Assembly: GCA_951406725.2 (NCBI GenBank)
Contig: OX597815.1
Coordinates: forward strand, 98,022,001-98,086,000
Direction: 5' to 3'
Source of the DNA: Octopus vulgaris
Lineage: Eukaryota
Length of the DNA: 64,000 bases
This document shows, piece by piece, positions 52,063 to 64,000 of the stretch. Numbering within the stretch: the stretch's first letter is position 1; each line of letters starts with the position of its first letter. Made by a program: the position numbers and the translations under genes. The notes below the pieces were generated by a model, which saw nothing but the letters and a program-made list of their open reading frames with translations, was not told the DNA's origin and searched no databases.

Positions 52063-52992
52063 TTTGCATAAATATATAAAACGCAATAGCAAAAGAAATT
52101 AAATGCAATATAATATATTTGTTATATCAAAATTAAATTGATTGTAACATTAAAACTTCTTACACAGAAACAAGATTTCAAATTTACGGAAAAAAATTTT
52201 TTTAAAGATTCGATCATATCAACCCAGTACTCAATTAATTCGTTTCTATTATTGGTCATTGAAAGATGAAAGGTAAATTTGATAGCGACAAGATCCGTAC
52301 TCGGAACGTAAAGAGCAGGAACAAATAACACCAAATATCAGTTGCCAATGAAGCGCCCTTAAAGCATGACGTTATGATATGATGTGTTCATTTATGTTTA
52401 ATTACAATAATTATAATTGTTGCTTTTGTTTATCGTCTGTGACAGACCTGATTCATCAGACATATTGTCGTAAATATTCCAGCTTTGTCGATTAAGTCTT
52501 TATCTAGGTCATGGCAAATCTTGCACAATGTTATGAACCATGACCTTCCTATTTTACAAAACTTTAGGTTTCAAAATAAGGTTGATGTAGCTATTATTTC
52601 AAGATGATCTAAAAGGGTGATCAGTTATTTTTGTTGGTAATTGTGGTATTATCTGGATCGTGTCGTTATAGCAATGATTATAATAGAATTTACGACAGTA
52701 TCATTGCAGCACGGTGGGATGGTATTAGTGTCGGTTATGTCGATAGTGACTTTGATTATATTGATGTTGGTGTTGACCAAGCATGTCATGGTGATATTGG
52801 TTATGCAGTTGTTATCCAATATGGCTGTTATTGTTGATGGTAAATACGGTAGTGTTGTTGTTGTTGTTGGTGGTGGTAGTGGTAAATATGGTTATGATTG
52901 TGACTGTGATTGGGATGATGGTTGTTGCGGTGGTAGTAGTAGCAGTAGTTGTTGGGTAGCAGTGATGGTGTTAATATTGTTGTAGCAATTAA

Positions 52993-53205
52993 GGAGGCGA
53001 GCTGGCAGAATCGTTAGCATGCCGGGCAAAATGCTTGGCGTTATTTCCTCCGTCTATACGTTATGAGTTCAAATTCCGCTAAGGTCGACTCTACCTTTTC
53101 TCCTTTCGGGTCGATAAAATAAGCATTTGCTGGACACTGGAGTCGATGTAATCGACTTATCCCCTTCCCTCAAATTGCTGGCCTTGTACCAAAATTTGAA
53201 ATCGA
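52993..53205 (+). mobile_element. SINE family A
   Basis: ggaggcgagctggcagaatcgttagc...gagttcaaattccgc. Confidence 0.9.
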
Positions 53206-54203
53206 TATTGTTGGAGCTGTTGTTGATGGCGTTTAGGGTAATCATGATAATTACTTCAATTCTACTTTAGAATTTACCTCTTAATTTTCTACAAATTATC
53301 GGAAATGGATGCTTGTCTTTGGGACCCCGCCACCACCACCATTACCACTACCGTCGCCACCGTTTGTCTGATGTGAATTGTAACCCAATTCCCTCAGATC
53401 ATAGCTTACCTTTTATATCTTCTTACATACAAACATACACATAACACACTGTGAGACTGAAACGAGAACATACGTTTAATATCTAAATATCCACACTATC
53501 TTCATGCGCGCGCACGCATACACACACACAGAGTTACACACAGAAATACACTTAATCTTTACTTCTTCGTCTCTTTCCCTCTTTCCATCTCTCACTCTCT
53601 GTCTCTCTGTCTCTCTCTCACTCTCTCTCTCTCTCTTTCTCTCTTCCTGCCCTTCATAAATATAACTAAATATTATTCGCAACACTATTTCACACTCTGT
53701 CTTTCAAATTTTGATTACAATATTTCCTACACCTCCATAATCAGGAATGCCACAATCACCCGCATCACACCCCTGAATGTATCACTTCCACCAAAAACAC
53801 AACAACTACCACAACCACCACCATCTCCACCACAACCATCACAACCACAGAGACCAATACTACCATCGGTACCACCATTAGCACGTACAAAAACATCAAC
53901 ACCGCCACCACTTTCCACCATAACAAGCATTACCTACCCTTTGACCACTGTCAAAACTACCACCATAAGCAACATCCCCGCTCTAAATACCACCCTTATC
54001 CTAACACAATCCACTCCACCGAAACAACTACACCCATAGAATATCCCCATACCATTCTTGATGTGACCAATTACTGTAATGTCGAAAAAAATCTCATTAG
54101 TTCGTACGAATATCGTCTGCCCGAGTCGACCATACTTCAAGCATATTACAAAAACCAATACACGTATATACAAATATTTACATACATGCACACGCATATA
54201 CGC

Positions 54204-54236
<33 letters not shown>

Positions 54237-54267
54237 CTATATATATATATATATGTATATGCATGTA

Positions 54268-54340
<73 letters not shown>

Positions 54341-54978
54341 TGTGTGTGTATACATATATATATATATATACACACACATCTAGGAAGAAGGGCATGCGCA
54401 CACACTCACACACGCAGACACATATATAAATACATACATTAATATATACATAAATGTGTATAAAGCAAGTAATAGACCAAAATAACAAATAAAATAATAA
54501 ATTACATAAAGAAAATAAAGTAAAGTAAGTCGGACGTTTTTCTGAAGTAGCGGCCATTTTAGATAATCAAACAGTCGTTTAAAAGCAAAGCACTCTACTT
54601 GTCAGAGAACTTCCGCCACCATCTTGTCTTTAATAAAAGTAAAACTCTTAACAATAGGAACAGGAGTGGCAGTTGAGCTGCAGTGGTAGACGTATCGGCT
54701 GTGACAGAAGCGGCAGTTATGGCAGCAGCACTGACAGCAGCAGCAGCCTGTTATGGAATTGGTTTCTAACATTTGATTTCTTTATGAACTCTCCTTAATA
54801 GTTAAAGGAAACGCGGCAATTAACATACCCACCAGCTCTGCCTTACTACAGTCTATAGATTGTTTTTCTGATTTGTACACGGGCGCGAATAAGCAGATTC
54901 AAAACATTTTTCATAAACATTCGTAGATTATTAAATTCATAAACATATACACACGTATACATAATACATACGTACATA

Positions 54979-56399
54979 ATTTCCACATAAACAGTGACGT
55001 AGACCGCATCTACCTAAAACGAAAACAAGGCGCCAGAGGCTTCACGTCGATCCAAAATGCCTCTGAATAATCACATCATATCCCTGCAGTAATATCTTTT
55101 AACCACCGACTGTCGAAGTGCATCCCTTGACCAAGTTTGCATACATGAGGCTGATAACATCATAAGATTTGGAAGGCAACTCCTTGAGCAACACTCTTTG
55201 TCTGATAACCTAGAATACATACCCAAAGAAGTCACACGACTCTACCGCAATGTATCATCAGATGAAAGGATGAGCCTATATGAGCAGAAGACTATGCATG
55301 GATATGTTGATGATAGTAACGTCAAGCAGTTTATCATGGACGAATAGCCGGATTACTACCTCTCACTTTGGAGGATATGCGTTTGTAATCCAGGAACAGG
55401 AAATACCATCCAAGTACCTGATGCACAAAAGAGATAGAGATGCAGAAAAAGCCGTAAAATGTAACAACCGATGCAGACTTTCTGGAGTTCACACTGAAGA
55501 TATCACACACATCATAAGCTGTTGTCCGAAAATGTTATCACGGTATTATCTACCGATTAGATATGACGTTGTACCTAGCACACTCTATAATGATATAATG
55601 AAATCCGTTGGAAGGATAATCCCGAGGACAAAGAAATAAAAACCCATAATATGGTAGAAGCCATAGCCTCTCATAATAAAAAGGAAAACTGGTGGTATGT
55701 ACCAGCGAAAACCTCAATAAAATGTAAGCAGAACAGATCTGATATAAGGATTTGGGACAGAGAAGAGAAACTGTGAACAGTTGTGGAAATTAGCTGCCCA
55801 ACGGATTTTAACATAAAGCTGAAGGTCAGTGAAAAAAGAGAATACCTACACTGAACTATTGAGAAATCTGAAGTTACTCTATCCAGATTACATGTTCAGG
55901 TAAGTATTGGGGCCCTAGGATGTGTAACACACTGCCTAAATGCCAATCTTGAGGAATTAGGCTTCTCAAAACCAGAAAGGAGAATGCTAATTCGAAGACT
56001 ACAGATCCAATTCATCACTGGAACTGTAACCATCTATAAAACTTTGCAGTAGTTTATCATTTAAATATACATGAGCATGTCTAGATATATAACTATATGC
56101 ATGAGAATACATACATAAAACATACATACATGCATACATACATACATACATACATACATACATACATACATACATACATACATACATACATACATACATA
56201 CATACATACATACATACATACATACATACATACATACATACATACATACATACATACATACATACATACATACATACATACATACATACAAACAAACAAA
56301 CAAAATTACCCTGTTGCTGATGTTGAAATTCCAACGAAGGAACCTTGGATCTAGGTTCGAAACCGGTTTGGCAAGAAATCTTGAAATAAACTGAATAAT

Positions 56400-56402
<3 letters not shown>
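54979..56402 (+). mobile_element. 5'-truncated RLE LINE (same family as 4236-5018)
   Basis: FHINSDVDRIYLKRKQGARG, GYAFVIQEQEI, CRL..HTEDITHIISCCPK, RYD, DIRIWDREEKL. 3' UTR carries an expanded (CATA)n. CATA-type repeats at both boundaries. Confidence 0.9.
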
Positions 56403-56469
<67 letters not shown>

Positions 56470-56760
56470 AAGAATAAAAAGCCCCTTTGGTCATGAATGA
56501 AAATAGGATTGCACCTAGAAAGTTACCCACCGAGGCACAAGGTGGTTTATGGAAGACAAGCAGTCGCCCATGCATACCAGTCTCCGCACTCCACATCACC
56601 GATATTATCCAAGGAAAAATGCCGATACACCCTTGCACCAGTGACGTTGCAGCTCATTTCTACAGTGGAGTGGATTGGGGCATGTGAAATAATGTGTCTT
56701 GCTCAATAACACACAACGCACACACACAGCCTGGTCTTGGAATCGAAATCACTATCTCAT
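56470..56760 (-). mobile_element. tRNA/CORE-type SINE related to family C
   Basis: Minus-strand gatttcgattccaagacc..gttattgagcaagacacattatttcaca..ccaatccactccactgtagaaatgag resembles the copy at 6925-7255. Confidence 0.6.
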
Positions 56761-56769
56761 GATATATAT

Positions 56770-57320
56770 ATGAAAAATGCATTAAATGCTACAAAACACG
56801 CAGGTAGGGCAGACACAAGAACCATAATTCTTCTTCAGTTATTGACTAAAAATACTAATACCCAGTTACGTGCCTTTAACGTTAAGACTAGGAACTTCGT
56901 ATATCGGCGGCAACCGCAAGATTTGTGTAGAATTAGGGCTTCAGCAAACAAAACAATTCAGGGTGGACGTACGAAAGTAAACAAATGTAATTTGAAACGA
57001 TAGACGTATATAATAATAAAAAGAGCCTTTCATGCAAACACGAGAATTATGGATTAACGCCTGGAAATCTTCAAATGGATATAAAAGCAGAATTAGTGAG
57101 AAAGGAGAAAAACTTGAACAGAAAATCTTGCGGGTGCCACCAGTATAAGTTCCTACTTTTATGGTTAAAGGCACGAAACTGGGTTTAAGTATTTTGGGTC
57201 GATTACTGAGGAAGAATTAAGGTCCTCGTGTCACTCCTAAGTGAACGTTTTGTAGAATTTAATGCATTTCTCATTTATGGAATAACTGAAGGCCATGTAT
57301 CCCGACTTTTGTGAACTGTA

Positions 57321-57325
<5 letters not shown>
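56770..57325. mobile_element. Inverted-repeat element with a right-hand tail, between TA tracts
   Basis: About 155-bp diverged arms (56770-56924 / 57123-57274). No convincing ribozyme core. Confidence 0.7.
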
Positions 57326-57371
<46 letters not shown>

Positions 57372-57373
<2 letters not shown>

Positions 57374-57700
57374 GTATATTTGCCATTTAAATATGGCTAA
57401 TCCCTAAGGGTGAATGCTACTGTAGTTTGTAGCCCCAGGAGGACACCTCCTCCAGCTTGCTATAGACACACTTTCTGTGCCCTATCAGTATTTGCAAAGG
57501 GAAGCCATCCTTCCCGTCTCCAACTTATGATACACACGGACTCGAGTTTGTGGGTATTGACCCGTCATCGACGTGTGACAATCCTGAGGCTACAAACTAC
57601 AGTAGCATCCACCCTTAGGGTTTAGCCATATTTAAATGGCAAATATACGTCACGATGTGTTGCAGCTACTGTTTATAACTCTCTCTAAGATTTATTATAT
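57372..57700. mobile_element. Inverted-repeat element with a hammerhead-shaped fold and a right-hand tail
   Basis: About 70-bp arms (57372-57440 / 57582-57651). Minus-strand fold at 57533-57577. Second copy at 2529. Confidence 0.8.
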
Positions 57701-58399
57701 ATATAATAGTCCTCTGAGAAAATGGTAGCGTGAATTGCTTTCATACTTGGGATGCTTGAATAATTTGGCCTCGGATACATAACGAACAAGCGATGCAGCG
57801 AGAAATATATTAATAATAACCGTTAACAGATATGAATGTATAAACGCCCTCATGCAAGCTGCATGGCGTATTTACACTCGCTCATACAAGCATCCATGGA
57901 GATGTAAGCATACATACACGTGTGGTTTGGTGTACACACGTTCACATATTGAATTAAACAGCTACGTAGGTTTTATAAGAATGGTGTGTGTGTGTGTATA
58001 TATATATATATGCATATATATGAAAAGGAAATCAGGTGATAGAAGTAACTCAGAGTGATCAGCGGCATGTATTTGAACAATGCAATATAAATTGTTGATT
58101 TATTGAAATAATATCAGTGTCTAATGACGATACAACAATCGTTTGGTGGCAATAGTGACAAGTTCCACATAAGAACGGGAGATATTTTGAAATATCGAAA
58201 TTATCTGAACTTGATATGCCGTTAAGAAAGAGGTAGTTTGATTGTCTGGATACAAGCTGACAGCTTTGAATATGTCTCTTCATGCATAAGCATCATCAGC
58301 ACATTAGTTGCTTTTTCTCCAGCAGAAAATTGTAAAACACGTTTAAAGCTTAAGTAATTTGCATAAAGGAAACGAAAATGAGCCAAGGGAAATAGCGTG

Positions 58400-59215
58400 T
58401 GGTATGTGTATTCTCAGAGGCTGGTATGGAGCCGTCTAGCTCTTTGGTGGTGTTGCCACATCTGGTCAGGTTTTTGCGGAAGAAGGATACTTTTGGTATT
58501 GAGATGCTCCTTAATTCAGATGTGGAGTGGTCGTGTTGTGCTACCAATGTAATGGTTCTTGCATTTGGAGCATCACATTTGGTATACCATGCGCGTACGT
58601 AAGTATATGACAGTGTCGCGAATGGGGAAGTCCGTTAGTGATCCGTACTGCTCTACTGCGTGTGACTACTTCCTTGATAGGTGTTTGCGAAGGAACGGTC
58701 CTGGATGGGTCAACCGAATGTCGTGTCCTTCCTTGCGAATAGCCTTGTAGATAGCAGTGGTGGTCTTCTCATTGAAGTGGGGAATCTTCAGGAAACAGGC
58801 TTTAGAGAGATCCTACTTGCGATGTTTAACTGTCCTATATTGCTGTATGGAGTTAGGAACGGACTAGGGTATCCGTTGGTCCCAAGTATCTTTAGGAACT
58901 GACTAACATATGCTTCCATGTCCGAATTAAGGAACATCTCTCTACCACCGCGTCTCCCTTCCGAAAACACCTGACCCGATGTGGGAACACCACGAAGAAG
59001 ATAGACGCCTACATACTTGTTTCTGGGAATAACACCGGCAATTTACTTATAAAAGAGGATCTGCTGATCCACCGCCTCAAAGCGAAAAATTAACAGTCGA
59101 TCGGAGTTGAGTCGGTGATTCCTTTGACAGTGTCCAACAGATCGTGAATGGCTTATAACAGCAGCTGAGAGTTATTCACACCAACTCTCGGACATCCGGC
59201 ATTAATTTAAGGGTG
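58400..59215. mobile_element. PLE remnant in inverted configuration: thumb-linker-GIY-YIG on minus, endonuclease C-terminus on plus
   Basis: Minus: FLKILGTNGYP, LKIPHFNE..IRLTHPGPFLRKHL, VYQM*CSKCKNHYIGSTTRPLHI*IKEHL. Plus from ~58917: HVRIKEHLSTTASPFRKHLTRC..NLLIKEDLLIHRLKAK/INSRSE. Ends at (TAC)n. Confidence 0.85.
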
Positions 59216-59219
59216 ACTA

Positions 59220-59358
<139 letters not shown>

Positions 59359-59364
59359 AACTAC

Positions 59365-59465
59365 TACAGTAGAAGACACTTGCCCAAGGAGCCACGGAGT
59401 GGGACTGAACCCTGAACCATATGGTTGGGAAGCATGCTTCTTACCACACAGTCACGCCTGCGCCT
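59365..59465 (-). mobile_element. SINE family B 5' part
   Basis: gtagaagacacttgcccaagg..gggactgaaccc..cttaccacacagtcacgcctgcgcc. Confidence 0.85.
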
Positions 59466-59985
59466 AGACACACACACACACAGATATATACACTAGCTGA
59501 CCCTGTGTCGTCAAAAATGAAGACTAATTGTAGTATTTTATATATACAAATAAGGTATAAATTAAGTTGCATAATTATCACAGATACAAACATTCATATA
59601 CTTCTCTTGAACACGCACACATATATATACTCAGAGTTGAAATGCTGTTTGATTTTTCTTTTCAGCGTTGAACGTTCACTCTTCCATTTCCATTGTCTCC
59701 CGACACACACATACACACAAATATTCACAAACCTCTCTTTTACATACACACACACACATGCAGTCACACAGATTTGAAATGCTGATTTTTTTTACATCCC
59801 TTTTTTCCTTTTACATCTATCACCCCTTCCTTTCTCCATTGTTATTACTTTCTCTTACTCTCTCTCTCAGTCAGGGCTATTAAGTTCACTACTTCTCCTT
59901 CACTGAATTACTATTTTCTCTCCTCTCTCTTCACTTCTACTACTCTTTCTCCTACTCCTGCCAACTCCTACTCTGTGATTTTGAA

Positions 59986-60052
<67 letters not shown>

Positions 60053-60097
60053 AGTATATAAAATTAGTACGCCCATTATTATATTAGGAGATATATA

Positions 60098-60280
60098 AGG
60101 CGGCGAGCTGGCAGAAACATTAGCACGCCGGGCAAAATGCTTAGCAGTATTTCGCCTGTCTTTACGTTCTGGGTTCAAATTCCGCCGAGGTCGACTTTGC
60201 CTTTCATTCTTTTGGGGTCAGTCTAATCGACTGGTCCCCTCCCCCAAAATGTCGGTCCTTGTACCTAGAATAGAAATATA
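60098..60280 (+). mobile_element. SINE family A
   Basis: ggcggcgagctggcagaaac..gggttcaaattccgccgaggtcgactttgcctttc. Confidence 0.9.
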
Positions 60281-60285
60281 TATTA

Positions 60286-60374
<89 letters not shown>

Positions 60375-60659
60375 TATGCACGAGTTTGTGCGTTTGTGTA
60401 TGCCGGAGTATTTCTGTGTTGTGCTTCCTTTCTGTCTTGTGTATACACCCTACACTATGCTTGTTTTCGAACGAAACCAATTGACAAAAGCCAAAGCAAC
60501 ATCTAAACATATCGCCCATTACTCGAAGAAAGAAACAAAACAAAACATACAATAGCAACAACAGCAGCAACAACAACCATCATATTAATGTTATTAAATA
60601 AAATGAACAAGAAAAGCTAATACTCATCATAGTAAAACTAAAATAAAAATAACAACACC

Positions 60660-60694
<35 letters not shown>

Positions 60695-60725
60695 TAATAA
60701 TGATAATAATTATAATAATAATAAC

Positions 60726-60849
<124 letters not shown>

Positions 60850-61566
60850 GCATTGGATTCTATCGTCTTTCTGATATAAAAAAATGATAGCAGCAATAAT
60901 GTTGATAATACTGTTAATATTTGATTAAAAGTGATTCTACCTTTTAGTGTTTCTCGGAGACGTATTCATGGCTAAGTTGATTGCTTCCGTCGTTAAGTAA
61001 CCACATACCTCTTACTATCACTTCATTTTCTAACACTTCCACCTACCACCACCACCACCACCACCACCACCACCACCACCACCACCATCACCACCTCACC
61101 CATTAAATCCATGCTTATTTTATCATGTACACCACATCTCCAGCACCGCACCTCATATCTCCCTCCAACCACCCATCTACATTATGTCCCCCACCACACA
61201 CACATACACATCTAGCACCGGCTCCACAGCATCCATCTTTCCATCCGTACATCCAACCATCAGTCCTGTCTCATCTCTTCTCATCTATCCTTTCTAATTA
61301 TTCCAATCCAATCCAGCGACCCTACCACAACATGTATCTCACATCTACCTCACATCCTCTTTTTCTTTACTGTACTGCGGTGTTTATTTATTTATTTATA
61401 CATTTATTCAAATTATTTCATTTATTTATTTACTTAGTTATCCATTTATTCATTTGTAATCGTTGTTAGTTTTAGGCTGTCTATCTATCTGACTACTTGT
61501 CTGTCTGTCTATATTTTTGTCTGTCTCTCCTTATTCTCTGCTTTCTATTTCATCAATCTTTCTTTT

Positions 61567-61618
<52 letters not shown>

Positions 61619-61727
61619 CTCTCAGTCTCTCACTCCCTATCGCCATATCTTTCTCTTTGACATACGCCTATATATATGCATGTATGCATGTATACATATA
61701 TACATACATACATACATACATATATAT

Positions 61728-61788
<61 letters not shown>

Positions 61789-62019
61789 CGTGTCTGTGTG
61801 TGTGTGTGTATACACATACGCTCATATATATATATATATATATATATACAAACATGAAAACACTGATAAAACACTTTTTAAATCACACAAATATCTGCAT
61901 ACAAACAAATATGCGAATTCATACACTCATACACACACACATATATACATACATATAAAAATTATTCTCACACACATAAAAACATACGTCATCGTCATGT
62001 ATCGTACGCCAGCAGCGCA

Positions 62020-64000
62020 TTGATGACGCTACCATGAAAGTCTACTCGATTAAACACGATTTCTCCAGATGCCTTGCCACATTTGTCCAAACAACTCTTG
62101 ATATTGTCCATCAAATGCTTTCTTTGCTTGCCTCTTGATCTATATTTCCCAAACTTCTGCTTCTTCAAGTGTGGCCATGATAAATGAGCTTTTGTTTTTT
62201 CACAACATTCAGAAGTTGTTGTCTTTCACCTATTTGCATCACCCTTTCTTTTGTTTGATGATCATTATACAAGGCTTGTAACATTCTCCTATACACCTAC
62301 ATTTAAAACGCAGTGATTATGTTGTCTTCAGAATTGTCCAGACTCCATGCATCGCAAGCATAAATACCTATTGGTCAAATGATCGTTGGCACTAGCTTTG
62401 ACTTCAACTTAGTTGCAAAACTTTTGCTGGTCTAGATGTTATTAATCTTTTCCATGAACATTCTTGCCTTGGCTAGCCGTTTCCTAATTTCTTTCTTCCA
62501 TATGGCTTTATCAGAGGTTTGGGCTCCAAGGTACTTGTACAATTCAACCTATTCAAACCTGTTACTGTCCAGTTTGATGTTAATATTTTCTTTCTCTTTT
62601 CCAGCTAATATGACTTTTGTTTTCTTATGGTTGAGATAAAGACCATACTTATTTGATATCTTCTCGACTCTATCATCTTTTGTAATCCGTCTTCAGTCTT
62701 GGCATGTAGAGCAGTATCATCTGCATACCTTGTATTAGAAATAGGCAAGCCATGTATTTTGATGTCAACTTCTTCCTGTATGGCTTCTCGCATTATCTAT
62801 TCAGTGTAGATGCTGAACAAACATGGAGAAAAAAAAATACAGCCCTGAAGAACTTCGTTCCCATTTTTGAACTTCTTGTGTTTTCATTACTTATTCGAAT
62901 ACAGGACCAATGCTAAATGTAAAGCTGCTTCATGAACCTAATAATTTATTTTGGAATGCCGCGCTACATGTGGATATAGATTGCTAAGTCAAAGGCCTTT
63001 CTGTATTCAATGTAGCAAAGGAAAAGTTGTAAGGTTGTGTGCTCATGTTTTTCGTAAAATTGTATGGTGATTGTGCAAATGATATCTTGTGCCACGTCCG
63101 TTTCTAAAGCCAACCTGTTCATTTGTCTGTTCCTGTTCGAGGGACGGTTTCAAACGTTCTAGGTTTTTGACACAGTACTTTACTTGCATGTGGTATCAGA
63201 GCGATCGTTCGATAATTCTCACACACAAGTAGGTGTCCGTCTTTGTGCATTTATACATATTCTGCTGTGCACAAGTCTGACGGCTACATTTCTCCTCTCA
63301 AGACCTCGCAGCAGAGGTTGTAGAGTAATATTACGGCATTATCTCCTGCAACCTTAATCGCTTCGGTTGGTACTACAACTAGACCTGGTGCTTCCTCGTT
63401 CTTTATCTTTTCCAGAGCTCTTTCTACCTCACCTCTTAGTAGTTCAGGTTCTTTCTCATACCTTAAATCTGTATCAACCGTGCCGACATTTGGATCCCTG
63501 TCATACAAATTCTTGGTGTACTCTAACCGTCATTACCTTACCTGTCGTGCTCCTGTTAGGAATCTTGTGATTTGATTCTGCCTGTCTTTTCAGTGTATTA
63601 TCATTTGAATTTCTTCATCTATTGGAAAAGACATTTCGAGTTATTGCGTTTTGCTTGTTCGTCTAGATTTTCGCACAAATTGTTTATGTAAGTGCTTTTA
63701 TCGTTCAGATATTCTTGTTTAACTTATTTGTTGATCTTTTTTATTTCTTGATCTTTTTTATTTGTTGATCTTTTTTAATGTCCTCCCTTTTCCAAAAAGC
63801 GCCATAGTTGGTACGGTTATCCATGGCCGCTTTTTGATATTCTTTCTTTTCCGTAAGTGTATTTCGGCAGATTCAAGAATTTCATTTTCCCTCAATTGCC
63901 ACATATCGTGTGCGCTTTTCCCTTCTTGCATCTTGAGTAGCGTTTCGAACCTGTTACTGATATCTACCGTCTATTTTTTTATTGAGATTTTCGACGTCGT
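62020..64000 (-). mobile_element. Decayed RTE/BovB-clade LINE (RT region, continues past the window end)
   Basis: EPELLRGEVERALEKIKNEEAPG, RTIALIPHASK, QGCI..SPCLFSIY, IHGLPISNTRYADDTAL, YKYLGA. Many frameshifts. Confidence 0.9.

Noticed and set aside
59490-59530. Minus-strand Helitron 3' end (ACTAG...)
   Set aside because: No clear subterminal hairpin or matching 5' end.

Overview
AT-rich eukaryotic (metazoan) genomic DNA, almost certainly not prokaryotic. The tRNA-derived SINE families and the density of (TA)n, (CA)n, (CATA)n and (TAA)n microsatellites suggest an octopus or other cephalopod (inference). Nearly all ORFs in the supplied track are microsatellite artefacts. One host coding exon is supported: a terminal exon at 17007-17314 (+) encoding an NTR/C345C domain most like the C-terminus of ADAMTS-like protein 5. 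The rest is transposon debris: R4/Dong-type RLE LINEs, an RTE LINE, a decayed full-length mariner, a hAT (Buster-like) transposase remnant, a non-autonomous Helitron, many SINEs and several Penelope-like element (PLE) remnants. The most notable signal is a set of about ten minimal type I hammerhead ribozyme motifs, some intact and some degenerate. Most lie in short, mostly non-coding elements embedded in (TA)n tracts, either self-inverted with a one-sided tail or directly repeated. All RNA folds were made by eye and all family assignments rest on recalled motifs; no searches were run.
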